Source: Azolla caroliniana (taxonomy: Eukaryota; Plantae; Polypodiophyta). Taken from it: a DNA stretch of 64,000 nucleotides. A program made the position numbers and the translations under genes. Shown one piece after another: positions 37,572 to 48,590 of the stretch. The notes beneath the pieces are model-generated. The model worked only from the letters and a program-made list of their open reading frames with translations. It was not told the origin of the DNA and did not search any database. The DNA lies in the NCBI GenBank assembly GCA_043228905.1, contig JBHGNT010000002.1, forward strand, positions 14,136,001-14,200,000, given 5' to 3'. Every line of letters begins with the position of its first letter. Within the stretch, counting starts at the first letter, position 1.

Positions 37572-39905
37572 TCATTTCATTCCTCTTTTAAGATGTCGAG
37601 GATGTTTTCGGGGTCCGGGGTGGTGGCAGGGTGGTCTTGTTGGACTGTCGGTGCGGAGGGTTGAGTTTGGTCCGGGGGTGTCATATCTTTTGAGTTCGGC
37701 TTCTTTGCCCATGGCTTGCGCTTGTACTTGGCCCAGTGCTTCGTTATGCTCGTGTATCCTTTGGTCGGCCTGGGCTCTAATCTCGGCCATCTTCTTGGAA
37801 GCTTCTTCTTTTAGGCGAGCCATCGCCTCTTGATGCCATTGTTCGTGTCTCTCGGTTCGCCATTGTTCTTCTTTAAGCTCTGCTCGGTAATCCCGGAGCG
37901 GGGGTTCTGTCTGGGTTGCCACCTCCTTGGGTGGACGAGGGGGTGGTATCTCGGTCTTCTCCATGGGCGTGGCCACCTCGGTTGTTGTGCAGGCATCCAC
38001 CATTTGTAACGAGTCCGTTTGTGTGTTGGCCTGGATCGTCAAGATTGAATCCGTGACGGTGCTTTCATCCATCATTGTTATGCGTGGAGGAGTTGGGAGG
38101 GCCTCGGTGGGCGGGGCCGGAAGGCTCAAGAGTTGTTGTTCCGGCCGGTTTTGCTCCCAGGCTGCCAATTTCTGTTTCGCAGCATGCCATAATTCCGTAG
38201 CCACCTTAGCCAGTTTTTGGGCTATTTTTATCTTTCGGGCCATGTCTTTGGCTGCCCGCGTAGTGCGATCCACGTCCCTATATGCCTCGATAAGGGCTGT
38301 GTTCAACTTGGGGACCTCCATGAGGAGAGCGACCTGTTTTGCCTGCTTCTTTCTCCCTATTTTTTGTAAAGCCCTGTCGTCCTGGGGGTCAATTTCACCT
38401 AATAGCACGCGTTGAATCATTTTTGTTTCGGCGTGCTCTTCCGCCATTCGAGCGGCTGCCGCGACTTGGGCTCTGGTGAGGAAGTCAACCAGCTCGAATG
38501 TCGTACCGAGGCGTAGGAGCGCACTAAATTCGTAAGCCACCGCGGGGAGGTCTTTATACCCGAGGACTTCATCCTCCGAGATCTGCATTGTCTGCCCATG
38601 CTCGATCTTTCCCTGGTTCAGGGATGCCTCCTCAGGGATGATGGCCAGGTTGCTCTGGCTGACAACTAAGGCTTGCTCCTGTTGTGGCTCTTTTTGTTCT
38701 GCCGAGGACTCGCGGTTGAGTTGTCTTCTCTTGCTCGGTTGGGTTTGGGGTTCTGGGGCCGGTAGTGTCGTTTCCTCCGCCTGCTTCCTTTTCTGGGGTC
38801 GTGGTGGTGCTGCCTGCTGTGTGTTGGGGTGTAGGCTAGGCCCTGGGGAAGTTACCGAGGGGCGCGGCATTGGCTGTTGAATGGTGACATCATATGTCGT
38901 GTTGTCCTCCGTGGCTATCTCCTCCTCCCATTCTTGGCAGGTCTCGGAAACTGCCCTTTTTTGTTGGGGTTGGGTGGGTGGTGGTGCAGATGCGGAGTTT
39001 TGGTCGGCAGCAGGAGGTGAAGGCGATGTGGGCTCCTCCCATGCTTTGTGGCTGATGGCAACAAATTTCTCTCTCTGCCTTCGTGGTGGTGGTGGGGACG
39101 TGAGTGTGTGAGGGGAAGAAAGAGAAGAGGGTGGGTATAGAACCATCAAAAAGTGGGTAAGAACAGACAACATCTTCTTACCGGACTGGAATGAGGCTAA
39201 GGCGGCGTGGAGTCCTTCGCCTGTAATGATTCCCCAATCGACTCTGTTTCCTTCATATGCGCTGATGATGATGGCTGCCTTGTTCTGCGGCATGCTCGTC
39301 GGGTTCATATGCACGAACGCATACTCCATCAATATACGAGCAATCTCCCCGAAAGCTCTGTTGGGACCGCCATACGTGCGACATGCCTTCCCTGAGGCTG
39401 AGTACTCACCGAAGTACTCTTTCAGCTTCAATGCCGGGGGTATGTCGACCTCATGGTCCCCTCCCCGTTGCAAGTACAAAACAGCCCGAAGCACGTTGTT
39501 GGTGATGGCTTCGGGACAAATACGTTTAGCCACTCCTTAGGCATCTGGGTGCGCGGGGGCATCAATGATCTTCAGGTAACCGCCCATTCCTTGTTCCTGG
39601 AGCCAGGCGCGGGTTTCTGTTGAAGCGGTAAGAGGCGTGGTGGAGATGGAGACGGGGTTTGATTGTGCGGAAGAGTGAAGAAAAGTGATGAGGCGAGGGC
39701 GAGACAGAGGAGGAACATCAGGAAGGGGAAGTTCAGCAGAGGGGCTATGAGAGTGAGAAGGGGCTTTTGAGCTTGAGAGCGATGGAGATTGGAAGCGATA
39801 ATGAACTTCTGTGTTTGTGCTGCGTTTTGGAAACGGTTTTAGTAACTTACTCCTAGGGTTTTGTGCCCGAAGCGAATCCTGAAGATTCTGAGTCGTGGGT
39901 GCCAT
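37572..39905 (-). pseudogene. Extra ORF downstream of integrase (122 aa + 653 aa, one in-frame TAA); function unknown
   Basis: Same sense as pol. N-terminal domain (...EGNRVDWGIITGEGL) conserved with element B, then a Pro/Gln-rich linker and a helical charged C-terminus. Confidence 0.8.
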
Positions 39906-40077
39906 AATAAGTGACTAGCACCACGTGTCCTGAAGGTGAGTGGGGTGCTTCTATTGCTTTGCATGTGCTTAAATAGGTACTAAATGAGTGGTGGCGAGGG
40001 GTGCTCCTAAATTTGTGGGTGCCTAGGTGGGTGGTGTAGGTGTAGCTAATCGGTGGCTAAACTATGGTTAATCCTAC

Positions 40078-41085
40078 CTACTTTATTAATTTCAAGAAGG
40101 TGGGTGAGTCCTTATTCAGGGGGACACGTGGCCTCGTCCGGGTGGTTTCCCGAAACGGGTTGGGTGGTGTAGTGCCTCGATATGGTCGAAGTCGGAAACC
40201 ATTGGCCCAACTTTTGACAGTGTCGCCGGCAAGTGTGCCGAGTTGGAATGTCCCGTTGAACTCGTCAATAATCCAGAATGGACCGGTCCACCGAAATCTT
40301 AATTTTCCCGGCATAGACCCGAGTCGTGTTTGAAAAAGAAGAACCGGTTTGCCGATGGTGAGCTCCTTTTCCAGCCCGTTTCGATGTCGATCCACGAAAT
40401 CCTTGTGTTGTCGTTGGCGTTGTTCGAGCTGGGCCATACTCTCTATCCTATCTTCGCCGAGTTCGAGGAGTTGTTCCAGCCGATATTGCTTGGATTGGGC
40501 CTCGGGGAGCCGTGCTTTGATTTGAACTCGGAGGCTCGGGACTTGGAACTCGACGGGCATTACAGCTTCTAACCTGAACGCCATTCGAAAGGGGGTTGAT
40601 TGGATGCTTGTTTTGAAAGTCGTACGATACGCCCAAAGCGCGCTCTGGAGTTTGTCATCCCAATCGGTCTTTTTTTCATTGACGATCTTCTTCAGTATGG
40701 TTTGGAGGATTTTATTGGTCGATTCCGCCAAGCCGTTCGCCTGCGGGTAGTATGGTGTGCTTTTCTTGTGCACCACCGCGTAGTAGTGTGTAAGCTCACG
40801 TATTATATGATTGATGAAGTGCCCACCTTGGTCACTAACGAGCTCGATTGGGCATCTGTAACGGCACCAAAGGTGCTCGTACACGAATTTAGCCGTGGAT
40901 GCTGTTGTGTTGTCTCGGAGTGCCTTAGCCTCGACCCATTTGGTGCAGTAATCCGTGGCAACGATAATATACCTATTCCCTGTACGGGCCACGGGTGGTT
41001 TGAAAGGGCCTACAAAATCCAAACCCCATTTTTGAAATGGGTCCAACGGAAGAATCGGCTGGTGTGGCATGCGTGACTGTTCCAT
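40078..41085 (-). pseudogene. Integrase core and C-terminus of element C
   Basis: PFQKWGLDFVGP; DYCTKWVEA; VSDQGGHF; YPQANGLAE; GKLRFRWTGPF. No chromodomain. Confidence 0.93.
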
Positions 41086-42034
41086 TGGTTGCCCCAGTCA
41101 TTGGCACAAATCGCACTGCCAACAAAACTCGTGAGCGTCTCTCTTCGTTGTCGGCCACCACAATCCGCTTTGCCAAACTTTCCTTGCCATGGAATCCCTG
41201 GCGTAGTGCCCCCCAGCTACTCCCTGGTGGGCCTCTTGAAGAACGGCATTCTTCTCGAATTGCCGAATCGCTCGGCGCCATATGCCGTCCGAGCCTTTGT
41301 GGTAGAGAATGTCCGAGACGAGGCAAAAATTCCGGCTATGCACTGCTAGGCGTTTTCTCATGTCAAGGGGCGTGTGCTCAGGAGGTAAACCGGTAGTGAG
41401 AAAATGGGTCATCTCAGTGATCCATTCATCTTCGTTATTTTCTAGTATCGTGGTCAGGTTAAATAGGCCGGCGTCCGATAGCTCGTCGTACGTTGTTTTC
41501 GTCGGTTCCCCTGACTCAAGACGGCTCAAGTAGTCGGCAACGGCATGTTGTACCCCGGCTCAATGCTGAATCTGAAAATCAAACTCTTGGAGTAGGAGCA
41601 TCCACCGATCCAACCGTCCGGTGAGGGCTTGTTTATTGACCAAATAAAGAAGGGCCGAGTGATCCACGTGAAAGGTAAATTTCCGGCCCAAGAGGTAATG
41701 CCAGAATTTATTAATGCCAGAATTTATCGAGGGCCTCCCGCTCGGTGGTGGAGTAATTCTTTTCCGCGGTCGAGAGCCGTCGGCTGGCGTAGTACACGGG
41801 CCTATACCAATTCGGAGGTGTGCATTGCATCAGGGCACTTCCGATGGCGATGTCTGAAGCATCTACGAAGACATGAAACGGTTCGGACCAAACCGGAGAC
41901 TAGACCACCGGGGCATGTGATAGCATTAGTTTCAGGGTCTGATAGGCCGTGTCCTCGATTGACGTCCATTGGAAGGGAAGGCGATGGACTGCCGCGTGTA
42001 AAGGTGTCGCGAAATCGGCCAGGTGTCGTATCAT

Positions 42035-42868
42035 TCAGTTGTGCCACCGGATCTGTCCCAAAAATCGGCTTAGTGCCTTAGCGTTCGAGGGTGCGGTGGC
42101 GGTCAGGATTGCCTTTACTTTATCCGGGTCCATAGCGATGCCTTCTTGATTGACAATGTGGTCGACAAGGTTGCCGCTGGTGACTAAGAACGCGCATTTC
42201 GCTGGGTTTAAGCTCAATCGAGCTTGGCGACATCCGTCCAGGCAGAGTCGTAACTGGGTCATGTGTTCCCGTCGATGGCCATACACGGAGAAATCGTCGA
42301 GAAAGACTTGCATGAACGCCGGGATGTAGTCATGAAAGATATCGGTGATGATGCGTTGGAATGTAGCCGGCGCCGTTTTTAGACCGAACATCATTACTTC
42401 TTCTACAAAAACACCCCATTCCGTGACGAAAGCGGTTTTCTCCTGATCCTCCAGGTGCATTCTTATCTGGTTATAGCCGCTGAACCCGTCGAGGAAACTG
42501 TAGCATTCGTGGCTGGCTACTGTGTCGAGGACGCTATCCGTGAATGGGAGACGGAAACCGTCGGTGACTGTTGCCGCGTTAAGCTTCCAATAGTCGACGC
42601 AGACGCGGATTTTTCCGTTCTTCTTTGGGACCACTACGATCGGGCTCAACCACGTGACCCGTTTAACAGGGCGAATGAAGCCCACTCGGAGTAGTTTGTC
42701 GATTTCTTCTTTGACTTTAGCGGCGTAGTTGGGGTTCATCCTGTAGCGCCTCTGCTGAACCGGCCGAGTGTCGGGTAAGATGTGAATTTGATGTTGGTAG
42801 TATTGAGGATCCAGCCCCTTCATATCGGTGTAAGACCAAGTGAAAACATCCTGGTAGTCGGTGAGCAA
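42035..42868 (-). pseudogene. RT of element C
   Basis: VPKKNGKIRVCVDY; FLDGFSGYNQI; MMFGLKTAPATFQR; FLDDF. Confidence 0.94.
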
Positions 42869-45712
42869 TCGTATGAGGCATGCCCGTTCTCCGGTTGGTA
42901 GATTATTGGTAATTTGTAACGTATCAGGATTCTCGTCCGAGCCGAGGTTTATTGTTTCAGGGTTGATGCTTTGACTCGTTGTGAAATGGCGAGTTCGCGT
43001 TCGAAAGCCTCCCGAGCATGGCGTAGCTCAGCAACTGTGGTTGGATCTAGTTCATCTTGGGGTGGTGATTCCTCTGTGACTTCCTCGTCTTTAGGTGGCT
43101 CGATGGTTGGTAAGGCATTGATTTTGAAGAGAGGGATGATCGTGGGATGATCATCTAGGAAGTCATCGACCTCCTCATCGGCCAAACCGTCAAGCATATG
43201 GACCCCTTCCACGTATAACGGCGAAGTGTTGAGGGCGACGGGGACTCGTTCTTCAGTGATGATTCAGACTTTTGTCTTGCCTCTTCGGAACGAGATCATG
43301 TTGCGTTGCCAATGTTGCTTGATATTCGTTGTATGCAACCATGGTCGACCTAGTAACATTGGGTAGGCGCCTTGTGTCTCCAGTCTTAGCACGACGGCCG
43401 AGATCGTAAACATGTGGCCTCCGAGTGTCAAGTCAAGATGGCGGATTAAACCAATGGGGCGAACGGAGCGGGTGTCGGCCATCTGAAGCCAAAAGGCGCA
43501 TGGTTCCCATTGATTCAGGCCAAGGTTGTGACACGTTGACTCGCTAATAACGTTTACGCCGGATCCACCGTCGATGATGCATCCGTGAAGGTCTTGTCCC
43601 TTAATGATGATTCGCATGGCTGGGTTTTGAGAATCCATGAGTGGTGAACCGGTTCATGCTTCGGTGAGGTGTACTGGTGGTGTCACGGGCTTAGTATTGG
43701 CCTGGAGTGCCGCCAGGGTGTTCCGAAATCTCGGCATGAGTGGTAATAGTTTATGTAGGGGCAGCGAGATGCAGGAGTTGGTAAGACCATCCCATAGCTG
43801 GTCGTCCTCTGACGACGTGGATGGTACCGAGGTTTGTGGTGCTTCATTGGTTCCGTCTCTCATGTCAGTTTGCATGCGCAGGGCATTATTTTTATTGGCC
43901 GTGTCGATCCATTCTTTTGCTGCCTGACGAACTTCATCCTGGATTTGCCACTCTGTAGTCTGCGCTTTACTCCGGGTAGTGACGGTTTGAACATCAGCCA
44001 TGATACTGCTCACTGCGGGTGCCTTGCCACGGTCATTTGTTGGACATTGCGTGGCGTAGTGGCCTGGTTGGTTACATTTAAAACATGTAACATTGGTCGA
44101 GCTGCTGGTGTCCGCTCGGTCTGTGTGTGGAAGCTGTTGTTGTTGATTCCCAGTCTTGTTTGGTGGTGGGTTGTTCCGAGGTGCGTTGGAGTTGTGCTGG
44201 TCCTTTTGAGGAGCGTCCCGTCGGCGGTTGTCGTTAGGTCTTCTATTGTTGCGTGTGTTGCAGTTGCCGTTTCGCCGATCAATGCATGAGTTCCGTCGGT
44301 CATACCGGTCATCGCGATCATCATCATATCGAGCATAATCGTCATGTCGGTCATCGCGATAGTGATCACGACGGTAATCACGTCGGTAGTCGTCGTCTCG
44401 GCGCCGTCGATCCGAGGATCGCGGTCGGTCGTTATCCTGGTCTCGGTAGACATATCGCTCGTCCTGCCGAGAGTATGTATTTCGTGGCTCAATTTGGCGG
44501 ACCGGCGCCGCCATTGTGCGGTTCAGCATATTATATTCGCACTGCTCGACAATGTGAGCTCGAGACTAATAGATCGGACAATGTGGTCGGTGGGGACATT
44601 CGAGGGCCAGGTGCCCTGATCCTGAACACGCCGTGCATTGGAGAGCTTGGCGAAAGCGATTATCCTCTTGGGGAAGAGCGTTTTGTAAGGATGTCATCGA
44701 GAAGGTCGCGTTGTGCTGGGTCCGATCGAGGGCGAGAACCCGCGCTATGACTTGTTCGATAGTATGGTTGGCGAAATTTGTAAGTGCGAGAGTCGTTCGG
44801 AGAGGCTCTCGTAAACTGGACAGGAAAGTGTCCGGGATATGTTGTGCCAAGACATCATCGGCCACTTGTTTGTAGAGATCCTGGAACCGGATCGTGAACT
44901 GCGCGACCGTTTCGTGCGGTTCCTGGCATATAGAGAAGAATTGCCGGAGCAGTTCCCATTTAGGCACCTCGCGATGAAAAAGTTCAAGGAACTTTGTGCG
45001 CATGATTTGGAAAGTGGTGGCCTCTCCTATTTCGAGGCGAGAGTACCATCGTGCGGCCGGTATTGAGGGAGACTGTGAACTCGACAATCTTTGAGGCATC
45101 GATTTCGGCCGGCGTGAGGCGGTGCGTTGAGTGGTTGGCCTGCCACGTGGATATGAAGGCACGGATGTGTGACTCTGCGTCTGGTCCGTTGGTCTATCGT
45201 GGGTATGGGTACGGGATGATGTCGTACTCTAGGTCTTCTGGTAGCACCGGAAAAGGGTTTAGTTCCGGTTAATTGACCTCCGGAGGGCTCGGCGGGGGTT
45301 TTGGTGGTTTTGGGCGTGGTACGTGAAGGCTCGTAACAGAGGGGTCGTGAGGGAGAAAATGATCAGAGATAAAACACTAGCGAGATCTTGATAGGCGTGG
45401 GCGGCGCTGAAATCATAGGTATGAACCAAAGCACAGACACATGGAGCAAAATGGGCACAAATCAGATATATTACTGCGACAGAAAAAAGATTACAGAACA
45501 CGGCCTACGGACGGTGACCTTACAGGATTATCTAGTTGCGATGGACTAAGCTAGTGTTTCCGCCTATATTTTTCTTCTCTCCCGCTCTGAGGTACTGGTC
45601 CTCGTTTAAATAACGTTTCCCCTAATACACAGCCGAGCCATTGGTGGCCCGTGATACTCGGACTCGGCGTTTGCTAATTTCCTAATTTTACATTTCTGTC
45701 CTCTGGACAACA

Positions 45713-47248
45713 AAAAGAAGGTATGGTTCGACGAGCAGCTGGTGGGCGAACAGGAAATAAAGCATCAGCTCGAAATCCGCCTAAACAATGAAATGGGGAA
45801 ATTCGAAGAACTCCATGCAAAGGAATCCCAGCTGTAGGCAGGCCTGAAGAGCACGTACGAAGAAGCAGCGGCAGTTAGTCAGCAAGAAATTGCAAACCTC
45901 AAGAAGTCGGTGGAAGAAGCACGCAACCATTGCCAGGCCATCACAGACAACGTGCATATCCTTCTACAAACGAATCGGGAGAGGTTCACAGCGCAATTGA
46001 AAACGACGCTAGACCAAGGATGGATGGCGTGGGCAGCGCATGCAACAGAATTGCACACGTATCGTGCGGTCTAGGAGAACCGGCGAAAAGACGGCCGAGG
46101 TTTCTATAAACTCAATGAGGAGAGCATTGTGGCAGTACGCGAGGACCTAGCGGAGGACTATCGCGCGCTCGCGGATCAACATTCCGAAGAACTCGTGCAG
46201 TTATTAGATGATTTTGGTGAAAGCCAGGAGGAGCTATTTCACCAGATCACACAAGCCGGCAACACGCGAACAAATGAGGAAGCCATCGCGACACAATTCC
46301 GGACACTGCCGAAGAAGAGGAACCTCAAGCCAGGTCACCATTAATTACAACTACGGTGAACAGCGTGGAACGACGAGCGGAATCCCCCCCATTACCAGAC
46401 AGCGAAACCGCTGCCCAAGAGGAACCTCATCTACCGGAGCATACGCTATCGACCGACCACACGGAGAACGTTACAGACCAAGCGGAACCGCAACCCCTAG
46501 AGCGTACAACGACGGCCGACACCATGAAGAAAGTGATGGATGAGATGGAGCCGCGACCGACCGCAAGCCCGCGGACGGATGAGCCCAACCCCCTAGCCCA
46601 AGAAGAGCCCATAGAACACGGACCGCCCACATAGGACGATCGCGACACTAGGAGAAGCCCTCCCAACCAAACAGGGGAACCACACCACGACGCACCTACG
46701 GGCCCTACACTGTCCCCGGACGCGAACACCGGAGCAGAGCCAAACATCCGGGCCATTTTGGAAGAAGATTAACGGGATGGGTCCAACGTGGCATGGCACT
46801 GTCCCACAGGCGTGCCAGGTGTTGTCCGCCGGAATAGTAACCGACGGACAAAAGCGCAGGAATAGGAAATAGTATAAGAGTGTAACGCATGTAACGGTTC
46901 ACGTGGGAAGCGTGAACGGCTAAAAGACCCTGCGTATATAAAGGGCAAAAAACCTCTGATAGAGGGGGAGTGTAATTTTGGAATGTAAAATACCGTATCG
47001 TCATAGAATTCTATCTTCTCTGATATCTGTGTATAGCTACGGCTAATCTATTGTGTGTCTGTAATACCTGAGAGTGTAGAAGTAAGCGACGTGAGTGTGT
47101 AGCCACTATTAAGGAGTTTGGTTGTAGCCGTCTCCCTTGTACGCTACTAGATTGCGGGGAACATTCCCCTACGTATTACGCACAGACGCCACTGTTCGTT
47201 GCCACTGGTCGAAGAACTGATCGTAGACCGTGTTCCTAATCAGTAACA
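45713..47248 (+). mobile_element. Element D: 3' end of another extra-ORF gypsy (ORF tail, tRNA-like site, 3' LTR 46820-47248)
   Basis: LQTNRERF..QLKTTLDQGWMAWAAHATELHTYRA matches the tail of B at 13765-14030. LTR TGTTGTCCGCC...CAGTAACA is followed directly by copia RT/RH sequence. Confidence 0.88.
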
Positions 47249-48590
47249 GCACAACAGATGTTGCGCTATGTAAGCGGCACAAAAGACATGTCGTTTTATC
47301 GGGCAGGCGTAGCCGAACAATTAGCCGGCTACACGAATGCCGATTGGGCCGGAAACGCCCACGATCATAGATCCACATCCGGATACGCATTCTCTTTAGG
47401 AAGTGCGGCGATCGCGTGGAGCAACAATTAGTAGCCGACAGTAGCACTGTCGAGCACGGAGGCCAAATATTGAGGGGTTATTGTCGCTACGTGCGAAGTC
47501 ATTTGGCTAAAACGGCTATTACGGGATCTGCAGGTAGAGGTGTCTGATCTGACAACAATCTATTGCGACAACCTCAACAAGCACGTGCATTACCATTTTG
47601 TTCACAAGCGGGTGTACTTTCAGGAGAAGTCGAATTGGTGCATGTTTCGACTGATCGGCAGATTGCCGACATCGTCACAAAACCTATTGGTCTCGACAAG
47701 TTGCGGCATTTCTCGGGTGCACTTAGGTTGCGTTACCTCGACACGCTGAACTTGAGGTGGACAAGGGAAGACAAACAAGAACAAGAGCGTGAAAGGAGCG
47801 GAGGTAAGCATCATGACGGAAGTGACCGGATGGTAGAATTCAACTTCCAACCAGCTGAAGAAGCTAAAGACGGAAGCAAGGGCCGTAAGCATAAGAAGCA
47901 GCCGAGGACAATCAGAACAAGGGGAGATAAGGCCAAGACTAAGACGTGGTCAGAGGTTGTCAGGGGCCTGAAGACCAAAGACGAGTTGGAGACAGCCAAC
48001 TCGGACGAGAGCGTAAACTAATCGGAGGAAGCCGAGTTGGTTCGGATGTTTGATTCAAATACGCTGAATCAACCAAGGACCAAGTGGAAGAGAAGGCAAC
48101 AGAAGAGGCGCCAACACCGCAACAGCAAGGAAGCTGAGAAGGGCCGTGTGAGCAAACAAGCCAACCGAAAGGGTCGAAGCGCGCGGAATCGAACGGGTCG
48201 AGGAGCGCGAGCGAGGCGTGAAGCCAGAAGGAACCGGAGTGTAGATCCGGCGGAGCAAGTGGAACCTCAAGTTGAGCTTCAGGGGGAGTGTTGAGAGACA
48301 AGTTCAATATTCGGTGCGGAGTACGCAATGTAACCTAGTGCGTAGATAGGGTGCGTGAAAAAGTACGCACAACAGGGCCGCATTGGCGTGAAAACCAAAG
48401 AGGCTGTTCGAGCGTTATTCCTCGTAAACGAATAATTTTGGGAGTTAGTGTAGTAGGCTCAGTTATCAGCATTCAAGTACTGTCAGTACTTGTGTCAGCA
48501 TGATAGTCAGGGCTTGTATAAAAGGTGCTCATTGAGCACGGTGTATGTACAGAGCATTATTTTTGAATCTGAGTTTCTGTTATCTGCTCC
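47249..48590 (+). mobile_element. Copia 3' fragment (RH, basic extension, PPT, truncated LTR from 48289), F family
   Basis: VHYHFV; QIADIVTK; extension KAKTKTWSEVVRGLKTKDELET; AGGGGGAG followed by TGTTGAG. Confidence 0.85.

Larger units (their letters stand above)
37019..45712 (-). mobile_element. Element C: near-complete extra-ORF gypsy, the best-preserved copy
   Basis: LTRs 37019-37478 and 45312-45712; the latter has lost its U5 end, the PBS and the gag start. gag 45300-43654, AP 43638-43264, RT 42868-42035, RH, INT 41085-40078, extra ORF 39905-37572. Confidence 0.93.

Noticed and set aside
39537-39539. Readthrough or two-gene structure in the extra ORF
   Set aside because: Element B has CAA (Gln) at this codon, so the TAA is a point mutation.
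37572-39905. Retroviral-type env gene
   Set aside because: No evident signal peptide or transmembrane anchor; only the position is env-like.
43654-43656. Programmed gag-pol stop readthrough in element C
   Set aside because: Homologous regions at about 22200 and 32070 have no stop there; it most likely arose by C>T decay.
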